A stretch of DNA of 64,000 nucleotides, from the NCBI RefSeq assembly GCF_963676685.1, contig NC_092350.1, forward strand, positions 10,416,001 to 10,480,000, in the 5' to 3' direction. This stretch comes from Mytilus edulis (lineage: Eukaryota). Under the pieces are notes generated by a model that did no database searches, had not been told where the DNA came from, and saw nothing but the letters and a program-made list of their open reading frames with translations. The position numbers and the translations under genes were made by a program. Of the stretch, positions 29,737 through 42,778 are shown piece by piece. Position 1 is the first letter of the stretch. Each line of letters starts with the position of its first letter.

Positions 29737-31103
29737 ATGTATATACAACTCGTCTAAACATCAACCCAACAATGTTAGATCTGTAAATTTGCTTTCGCAA
29801 ATTTTTGGTTCTTCCCTCGCCGGGATTCGAACCCATGCTACTGTGATATCGTGACACCAAATCGCCTGCACTGCAGCCGTCCCGCTAGACCACACGACCA
29901 CCTGGGCTCTCAAAAAAAGAGCTTTCGGTGGGCATGTGTTACCTTTCCACGTCAGTTTTAATCTAGCGGCGTACTACAGTACATGATATATAAGGCATGA
30001 AGATGTTATTGTTACAGATCAGCTAAATTATCTATAGTAAAGGATCCTACAAATTAATGTAAGATACAGTCACAGAAAATAATTATATTCATAAGTACGT
30101 CTGAGTCAGTGACAACCCTACAACAGATGTATCCATCGGATCGCCATCAATGATGGTGATACATGGCTGTGTACATAATGTATATACAACTCGTCTAAAC
30201 ATCAACCCAACAATGTTAGATCTGTAAATTTGCTTTCGCAAATTTTTGGTTCTTCCCTCGCCGGGATTCGAACCCATGCTACTGTGATATCGTGACACCA
30301 AATCGCCTGCACTGCAGCCGTCCCGCTAGACCACACGACCACCTGGGCTCTCAAAAAAAGAGCTTTCGGTGGGCATGTGTTACCTTTCCACGTCAGTTTT
30401 AATCTAGCGGCGTACTACAGTACATGATATATAAGGCATGAAGATGTTATTGTTACAGATCAGCTAAATTATCTATAGTAAAGGATCCTACAAATTAATG
30501 TAAGATACAGTCACAGAAAATAATTATATTCATAAGTACGTCTGAGTCAGTGACAACCCTACAACAGATGTATCCATCGGATCGCCATCAATGATGGTGA
30601 TACATGGCTGTGTACATAATGTATATACAACTCGTCTAAACATCAACCCAACAATGTTAGATCTGTAAATTTGCTTTCGCAAATTTTTGGTTCTTCCCTC
30701 GCCGGGATTCGAACCCATGCTACTGTGATATCGTGACACCAAATCGCCTGCACTGCAGCCGTCCCGCTAGACCACACGACCACCTGGGCTCTCAAAAAAA
30801 GAGCTTTCGGTGGGCATGTGTTACCTTTCCACGTCAGTTTTAATCTAGCGGCGTACTACAGTACATGATATATAAGGCATGAAGATGTTATTGTTACAGA
30901 TCAGCTAAATTATCTATAGTAAAGGATCCTACAAATTAATGTAAGATACAGTCACAGAAAATAATTATATTCATAAGTACGTCTGAGTCAGTGACAACCC
31001 TACAACAGATGTATCCATCGGATCGCCATCAATGATGGTGATACATGGCTGTGTACATAATGTATATACAACTCGTCTAAACATCAACCCAACAATGTTA
31101 GAT
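29737..31103 (-). repeat. 441-bp tandem repeat (3 apparently identical copies plus ~44 bp) with a tRNA-derived Pol III head
   Basis: The same register recurs at 29741, 30182, 30623 and 31064. In copy 1: A box TGGTCGTGTGG (29900-29890), B box GGTTCGAATCC (29833-29823), T7 run just upstream. Flanked by TA-rich tracts. Confidence 0.9.
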
Positions 31104-34100
31104 ATGTATATATAGACGTATTACACATATCCTGATATACTCGTACGATTCGTTGTTTCGGGAGACCGAACAATGTTTGCTAATTGTGATTACTAATTAG
31201 ATTTTGCAAGGTAGACAAATTGGGTACTGATTATTTTGTGCATGATTTACTAGCGCCTTTTCTTCTTGCTTAATTGCATTCATTGGTAATAAGATTTTAA
31301 AATGTTATTATTATTATAAGAGACACTACGCGTTTTACCTTAATTAAACCTGTGTAAAATACGTTCCGATGTTTCTATTTAGAATTATACCTGTTTTAAC
31401 ATAAAAGAAAACTTTAACTTACTTAATTTTCAGAAATATGAACAATTGAACAAATATTTAATAAATCCAAGTTTTAAAGAAAATGTGAAATACTAAGAAT
31501 TGGCATTCATAAACCAATTAAATGACGTTTTCCTATCTTACAAAACACATTTACATGACTATCTACAAACTCTGGATGTTCGTATTAAGTGCGAGGTTTG
31601 GCTAGTCATAAAACCGGGTCCCCCCCCCCCCCCCATTTATTTCTTAAAATGTCCTATACCAAATCAGTTATGTGGCAGTTTTTATCAAATAGTTCGTTTC
31701 CATGTATGTTGCATTTGCGTTTGTTTTTAATGCACTTTAGTGTTTCTGTTGTTCTGTTGTTTTCCTCTTACAGTTGATGTGTTTCCCTCGGTTTAATTTG
31801 TTACCCGACTTTATTTTCTCTTAATCGATTTACGACTTTTGAACAGGGTATACTACTGTTGCCTTTATTTAATATATCATCATGTATTAGTTTGTTAGTT
31901 AACTAGTTATTAGTTTATTAGTTATTTGTTTTTCACTTTATGAATAGTAAGTAGTAAATATAAATTAATAAATCACAAAAAATATAAGCTATGATTCGAT
32001 TGATTACTACATATTTTATTTTCCCATATTCATTTTATCATCCAAATACAATTAGACATAAAATGTGTAAACCAAAGTAAATTTTATTTTCAAAGTGGAA
32101 TTGTGTCAGGTGTTCTTACGGCAAAAACCTACTGTAAGTTCTTGATTAATCTTAGATATGATATATTAAGTCCAATTGTACCATATCAATCGCCAAAAAT
32201 AGTGTTGGATATTAATTTGAGTCTTTACTGATATATTACTTTTAATTTCTCTTTCCAACTGGTTGTGTACTGGTTTTAGAAGAGAACTCTTTTATAGGTA
32301 ATCTATGACTTTTGGGGGAATTTATTCATCCAAAACATAATGTTATTTGTTAAGATAACACTATTGTCTACCTTTTTTTTTTTACAGGGAATGTTTTTAT
32401 GCCAGTTACACAGAATAACTCATTTCCGTTTTTCTTGTTTTGCTTTCCCAATCTTGTCTCCTTGCATTTCTATAATCATTTCATTATTTGCGTGCCCAAC
32501 CGTTTTTATTTGATTGTGTAATCATTTCCTTTCCTTTTTTTTTCTTTTTAACTTTGCCAACATTTTCTTTTTGCCTCTCCAACTTTTTCTCCCTGCTGGC
32601 CCATTTCTTGATTCTTTCACACCTTTTTCTTCAAAATAAAATAAAAGTTGTTTGTAGTTGTTTTACATTCCTCTTGTCCTGGATTCCAATTGCTTTTGAC
32701 AAAATATATCATCACGCTTTTGTTATTAACTTTTTTATTTTAAAACCTTTGTTCATTTTCTCTAATGAACTTAATCATTAATTCTTCTTACTTAAGATAG
32801 TGGACTTGTTATCCAGTTTTATATTAAAAAAAAATCTATGATAACTTGCATCAATATCTTATTGAAGGGAAATAGCCTAATGGTTCGGCTTAAAATTCGT
32901 ACTTGCTCATGCAGTATTCCTTTGTAGATATTTTTCCGTTCCCATATTTTTGTTTGTTTGAGTGATTTATTTTTTTTATTTGTAAATTGCATATCGATAT
33001 ATGTGTTCTAATTTGTAGTTTAGTTCTTTTTATGTACATGTGTACCATGTGTTTTGTGTATCTTATAAAACATTGAATTAAATTAAATTGATTCAAATAC
33101 TCTTTTACATTAAATGCACCAAATATCATAATTGTTTTCTTGTGTAAGCTTCAAGTGGTGCACTGTTACCTTCATTGTAACAAAGTCCAATTATCAGTTT
33201 GCAATCAGATGTTTTGATAAAGAAAGATCCGCTTCTCGTGCTTGTCATACCACACTATTAAGAAGTTTACCGGGAAATACATTTTCTCCGAGTTCACTTA
33301 AAAAACGTCATAATTATACGTCTTATACTAATGGCCTGAAATCAAATCTCTAATGTTACTGTAATCAATGCGCATTTGTATTTTCTTGATAGACCTTTTC
33401 AGTTTAAAGACCAAGTCTGGAGATTATTATCAAAGGAATAAAATATTTCTGAAATTAACCTCTTTAAAACAATACTAAAATCATTCAAATGCCGATATCG
33501 TTATTATTTTTACGTTGTTGTGCCATAAATAAACATTGGGAAGTTTATCATAATCTATTTATAGCTACAATGCAACTTTACACATTGCTAGTCAATATAG
33601 CAGATTATAACAGATTCAGTGTATTGGGCCTGATTGTCAACTTCAACTAACAAAATTATACAGAATGTTACTATTTTCATTTGTGATAGTGTGTATTGTC
33701 TATCTTACACTCGCAGCGACTGACAGATCATCAAAAGGTGTGTATGTGTATTGTATATATATATGTTGACCCACTTTATAACCGTAACTTGTTATTTTCA
33801 ATCTTTCAACTTGTTATACATCTTTCAAATGAGGCAAATTTTTTTTGGTTATTTACTAATGAAAATTTGTCTGTACTTAAATATTTAGGGAGCTATATTA
33901 TTATACATGTCTAGATGATCTAGATGTTAGACGAAATGTTAATTGATGTATGTAATAACAATTATTGATAATTGTAATGATTTTATGGTTCTGATCCTGC
34001 CTGAAATTAAATGTATGTGATTTTTATAGAATGAAGATAATAACATTTGTCTGAACTTTTCTTAATGTTTCATTTTATTATATAAAAATGTTTTTTCTGT

Positions 34101-34154
34101 TACAAATCATGATGTATTGTTCTATGTGTACATGTTATGCTGCCCATCAAGGGC

Positions 34155-34341
34155 NNNNNNNNNNNNNNNNNNNNNNNNNNNNNNNNNNNNNNNNNNNNNN
34201 NNNNNNNNNNNNNNNNNNNNNNNNNNNNNNNNNNNNNNNNNNNNNNNNNNNNNNNNNNNNNNNNNNNNNNNNNNNNNNNNNNNNNNNNNNNNNNNNNNNN
34301 NNNNNNNNNNNNNNNNNNNNNNNNNNNNNNNNNNNNNNNNN
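34155..34341. other. Assembly gap (N run)
   Basis: Run of N. Confidence 1.
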
Positions 34342-34582
34342 AAAGAGGGATTGAATTAATCACCAGCAGTATATACCTTTTGGGTTAAAAAATGCACATC
34401 TGCAATGTTTGTTGTATTTGTTCTGGAAATCATTAGTTAGATAGTTAGCACAATCATAAATACAACAACGAAATTAACTGATATATAGAGGGCAAATGAA
34501 AGAAACGAGTTCCATGCCAAACTGATCCTGTTTGATCAAAGGCTATAGGCTAAGAACGAAAAGTATCATTCTAATTTTTCAG

Positions 34583-37500
34583 TTTTGATAGATGTACAAA
34601 AAGACCGGCTGGTATTTGGTCAAACAGTTGAGTTAGTTTGTCATCTGCAAGGCTCTTTACACTTAGCGGATGGCAGCAGTCGACAGTGGTCTGGTGGGAT
34701 TTTCAACAAAGTTCTTAGTTTGAACGGATATTCTTCTGATATAAACAAATATCAAGAAGTTATTAAAACCAACACAGAATTTCGTCTTCGAGTGTTAAAT
34801 TTCAATGAATCCGACGCCAACCAATATTATAAGTGTGTTTATGGATTCAAATATAATGAGACTAAATTAGATCTAACGAAGAAACCGTATGAATGTAAGT
34901 GCAGTCTTATCATATATATGGGATTTTATATCGAGTCATATCTTTTTACTAACCAAACCAAGCAAGATTTGTTTCAGTCAATCTAAAGCAAGCATTTTTT
35001 TCAACATTCGTACAGACAAAGACATATGATATACTCTGTGAGGTTTGAAGTCTCTACGTATTGTAGAAATTTTGGTATGAAATGTCAAATTGAATGCCTA
35101 AAAAATATAAACAATTATTTAGACATGTATTAAAAAGGAACCGAGTATTTGTTTTCCACGTACATGTTTGTGAACCAAACCATTTACTTCATAAGACTTT
35201 ATATAGGAATCACCTTGTATGTCATCTGGCTGTAAGGAAATCTCCTCTTAAATACCGGGATATATAGACAATAACTGTTTAGTGTCTTTAAATATCAGCT
35301 GTATTTGTACGAGGCTAGGAAACAAGGTGTATGCGAGCTTTTAGCGAGCTACTACACCTGTTTCGAGCCGAGTACAAATACAGCTGATATTTAAAGACAC
35401 TAAACAGTTATTGTCTTTATCCTGCAATTAATTCTGTATATTGTTTGTGTTTTGAAAGACACAAAAACTAACATATTTAGCATTTATTTTCGATTTGCAA
35501 TCCCTTGAGGCCCGCGTAGTAATATCAAAATCAAACATTACGCTGAAGACGGGTTCACAAAAAAAGAATCTCCAATGGTCAACAATATGATACATGGCTC
35601 AAGGTGAATAATTGTCTATTTCAACATAACAACTAATTTCAACAGTAAAAACAAATAACAAAACAATTTCAAATTTGAAACAGAAGTGTACGAGTTGTCC
35701 TACGCTTCAGACTTGACATTCACTAAACATGCATGCTGAAATTGACATGGTTGATTTTGTAACACAATCATACACATTCAAGTTTTGAAATCGACAATTG
35801 TCATCGTCATTGGAATGCAACTGGAATACACATTCTGAGGTCATCACACAGGTTCAAACAATACTCAGTCCGGCAGTGGGCGGAGCTTCAAAGCGATATC
35901 TGTATAGTATACAGATACAGCATAGCGATATCTGTAGGGCTGTATCTGTATAGTAGGACACCCAATTGCAGGATAAAGTTAAATGAAACATCACACAAGA
36001 CTTGCATGAAGAAATTTGATTGTTACAAAGGGAGATAATGGGATTTTTTAAAAACTTTTTCAATGTTGAACGTGGGCGCAATTCCTCTCAAACCTCTGAG
36101 TGGATTTCAATTAAACTTCACACATGTAAATCACATAATATATAAAGATGTGCCTGAAGAAATTTTATTGCAGTCAAATTGTTGCTTGAGTTTTTTTTAT
36201 TTGAAGACTGTTAGGGGGAGATTGGTATCACCTTAGTTTGTGAGCTTGCTCAACGTACCTAAATTTTCACTTGCGGCTCAGTTGAATTATAATGAGGCAA
36301 ACTTGGCAATAATTTGAAAAATGACTTTGCGAGAAAAACTGAATGGCAAGGTTTTTTTTATCTCAATAGAAATAAGCCAATATGTTCCCAAAATGTTAAA
36401 ATGTTCTACCTCATCTGCTTTTGAACATGCTTTATTACTCTCTACTTTAGATATACCAAGTAAAAGTGAAATTGACACGCAGTTTAACATAAACAACGAA
36501 AGTAAAATTGTGACGACGTATGTAAGATTTCAGAAAATGTATCCAGAACCTCAGTGTGTTGTTTATGCTAATGTAAGTGCGTATTTCCTCCCTTATTACT
36601 TGGAATTTACTTAATTCCTCTTTCTGAAAACTAGCTATATACGTCAATAATTTCTCAGAACAATCTTATTATTCTGTAAAACTGTAGTGGGAATTTATTA
36701 TTATTCCTATGAGTCATCATTTCCTCATTTAATAATATTATATAAATACACCTAATATATCTCAGGTTGTATAACAAATCAAATCACATCCAAAAATAAT
36801 TGTTATCTTATCTTATAAGTTTCACATTTATTTTTACCTGCCAAATAATACTATTGGACACTGTATTGTTGGTTTTAGAAGGGAAAAACGGCAACAGGGA
36901 TAACCGATGGTAATTCAAAAAATAATATATTTTGCATACAGTTTGGTTTCAACAATTTTATATGATCTCGCCATTGTTAATGTATGATACTAGGTCAATC
37001 TTTACAAATAAAGCGGTCCATAATTTGATAATGTTATTTAAACCCATTTATTAACAGTATAATGGTATTTCCCTTTATAAAGAACATATTATAATTTGTT
37101 CCTGTGCAATTATACATTAGTGTTACAACCTGTAAACCACTAATACCCTTTGCCAAATATTTGCATAATTTTCTAGCCAGCGTTTTTATTTTTTTGAAAA
37201 CAATTGGAATCTTAAATGATCCTTCAATCTTATAAAATAATTGATATAGGTTATTTAAGACTAATGAACGTCAGTGAGACACCCGAAAGAGGGAGGCTTG
37301 AACTGGGTTCAGATACGGATCTTACGCGATTATATGCATAAGGCAGCAACCATTTGATTTTCGGGGGGGGGGGGGGGGGGGGGGCTATGGGTTTTTTTTC
37401 TGGACAAAATTTTTTTTTTTTTCGCCACACAATCTATTTTTTTCGCGACAAGTCGAAAACAATTTTTTTCTTTCAATTTTAGCATTACATATAGTGGCAG

Positions 37501-40318
37501 CTGAGGATGAAACAAACAATTTTTTTTTCTGAGAATCATAAACAATTAGAGAACATGAGAATTATTTTTTTCTCCAAAAACTGGAAACAAAGTTTTTTTA
37601 AAAAAAAAAACCATAGCCCCCCCCCCCCCCCCCCGAAAATCAAATGGTTGCTGCCTAACGTTTATATAGTCTGAAACTATAAACAACTGCCATACAAGTG
37701 GAAGGTTTAGATAGCTAATCAGGTGAAATCCGCCATTTTCGTCGTCAAATGCCTGTACAAAGTCAGGAATATTACAGTTGTTTTCCGTTCGTTTCTCTGG
37801 TTTATTTAGTCCAGTGTTTTGTTTTGTCAGTTTTTAAATTTACCTACCTAAGAGTATGGTATTTTTCTTAATACTTTTTTTTGTAAACCATACAAAGAAC
37901 TACCGGTACATGTATGTGTTCATGCATTTTAAGTAAGGGTATACCTAAAGGGATTGCCTGTTTTTGCAGATTATTTTTTATTTTTTGCAGAAATCATCGG
38001 TAAACATGACAATTGAAAGTAAGAAAACTATTGGTTTGTTTCTAAATGTTTCACTCAATTCAGAAATTAAGACAGCAGAATGTTGTGGAAGAGTAATCAC
38101 AATGGTATGTTTAGTAGGAACACGTGAAATAGTCAGAAAAACAATGAAGATTCCGGAGTGTGATGGTAAGTACATTTAAAGTTATCTCTGTTTCATATGG
38201 TAAACGCAGGTGCCCGTTTCAAAGATGTGGGGTAGTATTTATGATTGTTTTTGTGCAATAAGTTTAACTTCCATTTTCTCATTTTCTTATTAAACCGAAT
38301 CTGAAGATGTTACGAAATTTGTCGGTTTCTGAGTATTTGTAAATATGCATCCAACAACTTTGTTCTGATGTGCATGTGTCATATTAGTTGGCTTCAACTT
38401 AAAAAAAATAATGAAAATAGTAATTACCCAATGCAAAGCAAAAGATACGATTGAGATGATAAAACAAGGACGTATCGTATTATAATAACAAAATATCAGG
38501 ATACATTAGATTGAAACTTATTCAGCCATTGCACTTATCAGCAGAATAATTAGGGTCGTTGTCTGATCTGCTGAAATAGTTGCATGTTTTCCATTATTCA
38601 ATTGCTCTATAATTAGTTATATACAATGTTTTCTTAGAAATGATGACATACTAGGTTATACCAAGGTCTAAATAGTGACCCTTTCAATTGAAATATAATA
38701 CTGCCATTACGTTTTTCTTGAAATAAGAAACAGGTCTCTTTAAAAATATCTCGAGTTCAATTCTCCAAAAAGATAGTCTTTGTTAGTATACAGAAATTAT
38801 TTTTGATAAAATGACTTAACTCGTTAACATTTTTGATTTGGCTTTTGATAATGTTTGTGGCAGTCTCCATCCTAGATTTTTTAAAGACAAATACGGCCTA
38901 ATATTTTTCTCTTATTTTGACATTTGTGTTTTCTGTTTTGTTTCAGATCGGGTCGAAATAGTCAAGTTGTCAGGGATAACAGTGATTGTTTTACCAATCG
39001 TGTCCATAGTATTGGTCTGTTTAGTTAGTTTGGTACTGGTGTGCAAAAGAAAAAACAAGTAAGATTCACAATTTATATCAATAGAAAAGTAGATGCTGAT
39101 TTGAGGATATATAAACGTTACAACAATAATAATAAAACTCGACAATACAGGTTTATCAATAACATTAACGGTACCAAATTCTTGCACCAGATGCGCATTT
39201 CGACAATACATTTATCAAAATAGACAGGTATAGATGACCAATGATAGACAGTTGTCATTTGGGTGTAATACCTCCAAGTCATAGTATGTCAAATCTGTTT
39301 GCATACAAAAATAGGTCGAAAAAATATTCCCTTGAATTCAACAGTTATAGGTAATTAATCCTTCATTTCATTGCAATAAAACATTTCTGGGTTATAAACA
39401 TACTTCTTGGGTACTAAATATGTCAAAGCACCTTTATCTTTTTTATTTGGGGTTTCTATATACATTATTTTATTTTTTTGAAACTTACACACCGGTAAAA
39501 AAAAAAAGTGAACATTTGATTGGTTAACTTCCAGTGATAGTTATTTTTCTTATATGCAATGAAATGTTATTTGCAATTGTTTCTATGGTACTGACCAGGA
39601 TAATACTTTACTCATGCCAAGTATTTCTTTATTTGAAACAAAGATAAATTCTGGACTTTTTTTTGGGAAAGTGCAAATTAAGCAAAGACTTATAAGGGAA
39701 AATCAATGATGGCATTACACCTTACCGAAAGGAAAGCTCTAAATATTCCATGTTGATAAGTAATTTTAAATAGTCGATGGCATGCATAACACACACACCA
39801 AGTTTTCAATGGACGACCACTGACGAATTTCCTGATCTCGGTGACGCAAATGGTATTCTAGCCTAGCGTACCCCTGCACACTTGGTCACTTCTTTCGATA
39901 CCTACAATACTCGGTGGATTTTAGTGTGATGTATACTTGCGATATCACCCTAAATAGAATCATGGGGTTAAAAATGATTTTAAAGACAATAAAAAATTTC
40001 TTCATTTCAGTATTATCATATAAAAATAATAAGATGTTAAATGATTTCCAATTAGGCATTTCTCCACCAAAAATCGAATGGCCTATTAAAAATATAAAAA
40101 AATAGATCACTGTACGGCCCTCTTAACAATAAGTATTAGTATAAAAAATGTTACAGAACAGATTTGGTCAAACAATCAATAATCTTCGTCCGTGTTGTAT
40201 TATACAACAATACACAATCAAATTGTAACATGAAACAATGAACTTGATTTGATTATATGTTTATTATTTTATTCTTTTTAGGTCTGATTATTTGAAATCT
40301 GGAACAAACGAATGCTGA
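34583..40318 (+). CDS. Two-Ig-domain type I membrane protein, paralogue of the 16688-21184 gene; signal exon not found
   Basis: Exons 34583-34894 (LVFGQTVELVC..QW..LRVLNFNESDANQYYKC), 36451-36572, 37991-38165, 38947-39058 (TM, ITVIVLPIVSIVLVCLVSLVLVC-KRK), 40282-40318 (SDYLKSGTNEC*). Ectodomain intron phases match the paralogue. Confidence 0.8.
35267..35977. mobile_element. Foldback non-autonomous element with two abutting inverted-repeat pairs
   Basis: ~45-bp perfect IR at 35267-35417, then tttatcctgcaatt (~35417) pairing with aattgcaggataaa (~35964-35977). Confidence 0.6.
37342..37655. mobile_element. PIF/Harbinger-like MITE
   Basis: TIR ggcagcaaccatttgattttcg(G)n-ctatgg with its complement at the right end; TAA duplication on both sides. 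Confidence 0.85.
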
Positions 40319-42421
40319 GAAATCGTGCTCAAGAAATGCTATATAGCACAGATGTTCGGAAGAAGACTTTCCGGAAGTCGCCGGAGCGTAATCGGCGAAG
40401 GATGAGTAGCTATGAAGCACAATGTTAAAACTCACAGTTGTAAACACAAGCTTCGCGGAAGCACGAAAACAGTCTCTGTTAAAGTCTCTTTAATCAAAGA
40501 CCATGCTTTGATCTGCTGCTAAAATACAAGTGCAGCCCTAGAACTATTGAATTGTAAAAACAATAATTGTCCCTTTACATGCACTTTGTTTGATTGTTTT
40601 GCTTTTTCATTTTCAGTCTACTTACATCTAAAGTATAACACGACTAATTATTATTTCAATTATAGTATAAAGTATCTTACACATAACAAGTGATCTTTAA
40701 TGTGCATATGGTTTATGATTAAGGTTAAAGTCAAGTATAGACAGCAAAACAAATGACATAAATGCCAAAATAGATCTAATGAACAACATGTATGCATGCA
40801 GTACATACTATCCATTTCTTTATTATGAATCGATCAGAACACTAAACGGTAACTAGAAAGATTACATCTTCTTAGACCAATGAAACGATTCAGAAGTCAG
40901 AATTTAGAAATTGGTCAATGTGTTCAATTAAACAACCCTTTCAGGACATATAGATAACTGTATTTACAGTTTTCACCTCCTCTTTTATATCTTTTTTGCA
41001 TCAATAAGACATCGCTTTCAAAATCTGGTAGATGTATCATTTGTCATTTGATTTGTACGAGTATCTTTGATTAAACTAGAGTTTTGAAATGTATGAAAAA
41101 TGATGCAATGTATTTAGGTTAACATATCACTGTCAAAGTCATAACGGCTTTGCTATTATATAAATGAGTATCGTTTTACGTACATGTTATTTTTTTTATA
41201 TTATTTTACAATTGTTGTTTCATTAAAAATGTTTGAAAACTTCAAATGTACTTTGATTCATAAAGAACGTGGCCTCTTTGACATCATTACCATAATCAAT
41301 TTTGGGGCGTTGACTATCAAACTTATCGTTTACACAAGAATAAGAAGATGTGACAAGCCGCCCATGGAGATCAAATGACACAGACATCATCAACTACAGG
41401 TCACAGAACGGCCTTCAACAATGTGCACATTTCAAACATCATAGTAATCTATAAAATACCTCGAAAAAAAAACCAATTCGAACAAGACATATAACGGTCT
41501 GATTTAAGGACAAAACTATAAACAAACAAAAAACAAATATGATATACAGCAACTAAAGACAATCTTGATTTTGAACAGGCCGTGAAATCCAGAACGTGGC
41601 GGGGTCAAATAGCGCCAAACATTACCCCTAACCTAGGGCAGTGGTGTAACAGACCGACATAATAGCAATCTATGAAAATCAGTTGAAAAACCTAACTCGT
41701 CAGATTAATACAAAACGCATAAAAACACAACTAATCACATCTATACATAACACATAACACATCAAACCATCAAACCATAACAACAACACACAAGACACAT
41801 AGTACAGGTTTGAGAGAACTTGCAGTTATTAAAAACTTGTTGAAAGCAAATAAGAACTTATAGAAAATCATGTGTCTATATAAGACTAAAATATTAATCA
41901 GCACGCATACAACGTCCAATAGATTTAGTGTAACACCGTTATAAATAATCAAAGAATAACATTACATTGTGCAATTCCAAAATTATAGGTATTGCCCAAT
42001 TGTAGAGCAGTAAAAGTACACAACTTTGTTTGGACTTTTATACAGTTTACCACCAATGACCTCTTAAACAAATGACTTTATTTCTAATAAAAGTTGGGTT
42101 TTTTTTCGTCTTTCAATTGCAATTCGTATCGCGCATGAACATGATACAGTGCATACAACATATTGTTTAAATAAATTAATTAACGAAGTTGATTTCGATT
42201 GTTTTTTTTATTATCAAATTTACTTATTATATTTTACATTGGAGTCTATCCACTGTGAATATATCATTCATTCTATAATATACATTGTGTATAAATATTT
42301 GATCTTGTTTTCAGTTACTGCGAGCAATATTTTTAGACGGTAATTTTAGCATATATTTTTAAATGTGCCTGTTTCAAGTAAGGAATATTGCAGAGGAAAT
42401 AGATACTAGGTCTTATGGTGG

Positions 42422-42778
42422 GTGGTCTGATGCGACCAATTTCCCTTTTTGTATTTTCACGTTTCTTCTTTTACTTTTCTAAAGCGAAATCGGGAAATTG
42501 AGAAATCGAGATAGCAAAATCGAAAAATTGGGAAATCGGGATATCGAGAAATCAAGAAAACGAAAAACGCGAAATCGAGAAATTCATTTTGCGTTTTCGC
42601 ATTATCGCTTTCGTGCTTTCTTGCTTTCTCGATTTCCCGATTTCTCGATTTTCCTATATCTCGATTTCCCGATTTCCCGATTTCTCAGTTTCTCGATTTC
42701 CCGATTTCACGTTTGAAAAGTGAAAGGAGAAAACACGAAAACGCAAAAAGGCGAAATAGTGGCCGCATCCAGTCACCA
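42422..42778. mobile_element. Palindromic MITE with internal 9-mer subrepeats
   Basis: gaaatcgag/gaaatcggg repeats mirrored by ctcgatttc/cccgatttc; imperfect complementary ends. Confidence 0.7.

Noticed and set aside
29813-29907. Functional tRNA gene
   Set aside because: Acceptor stem pairs poorly and A-B box spacing is long; treated as a tRNA-derived head
30089-30742. Duplicated 70-aa ORFs
   Set aside because: Chance ORF inside the tandem repeat
34088-34388. ORFs spanning the N run
   Set aside because: Artefacts of the gap
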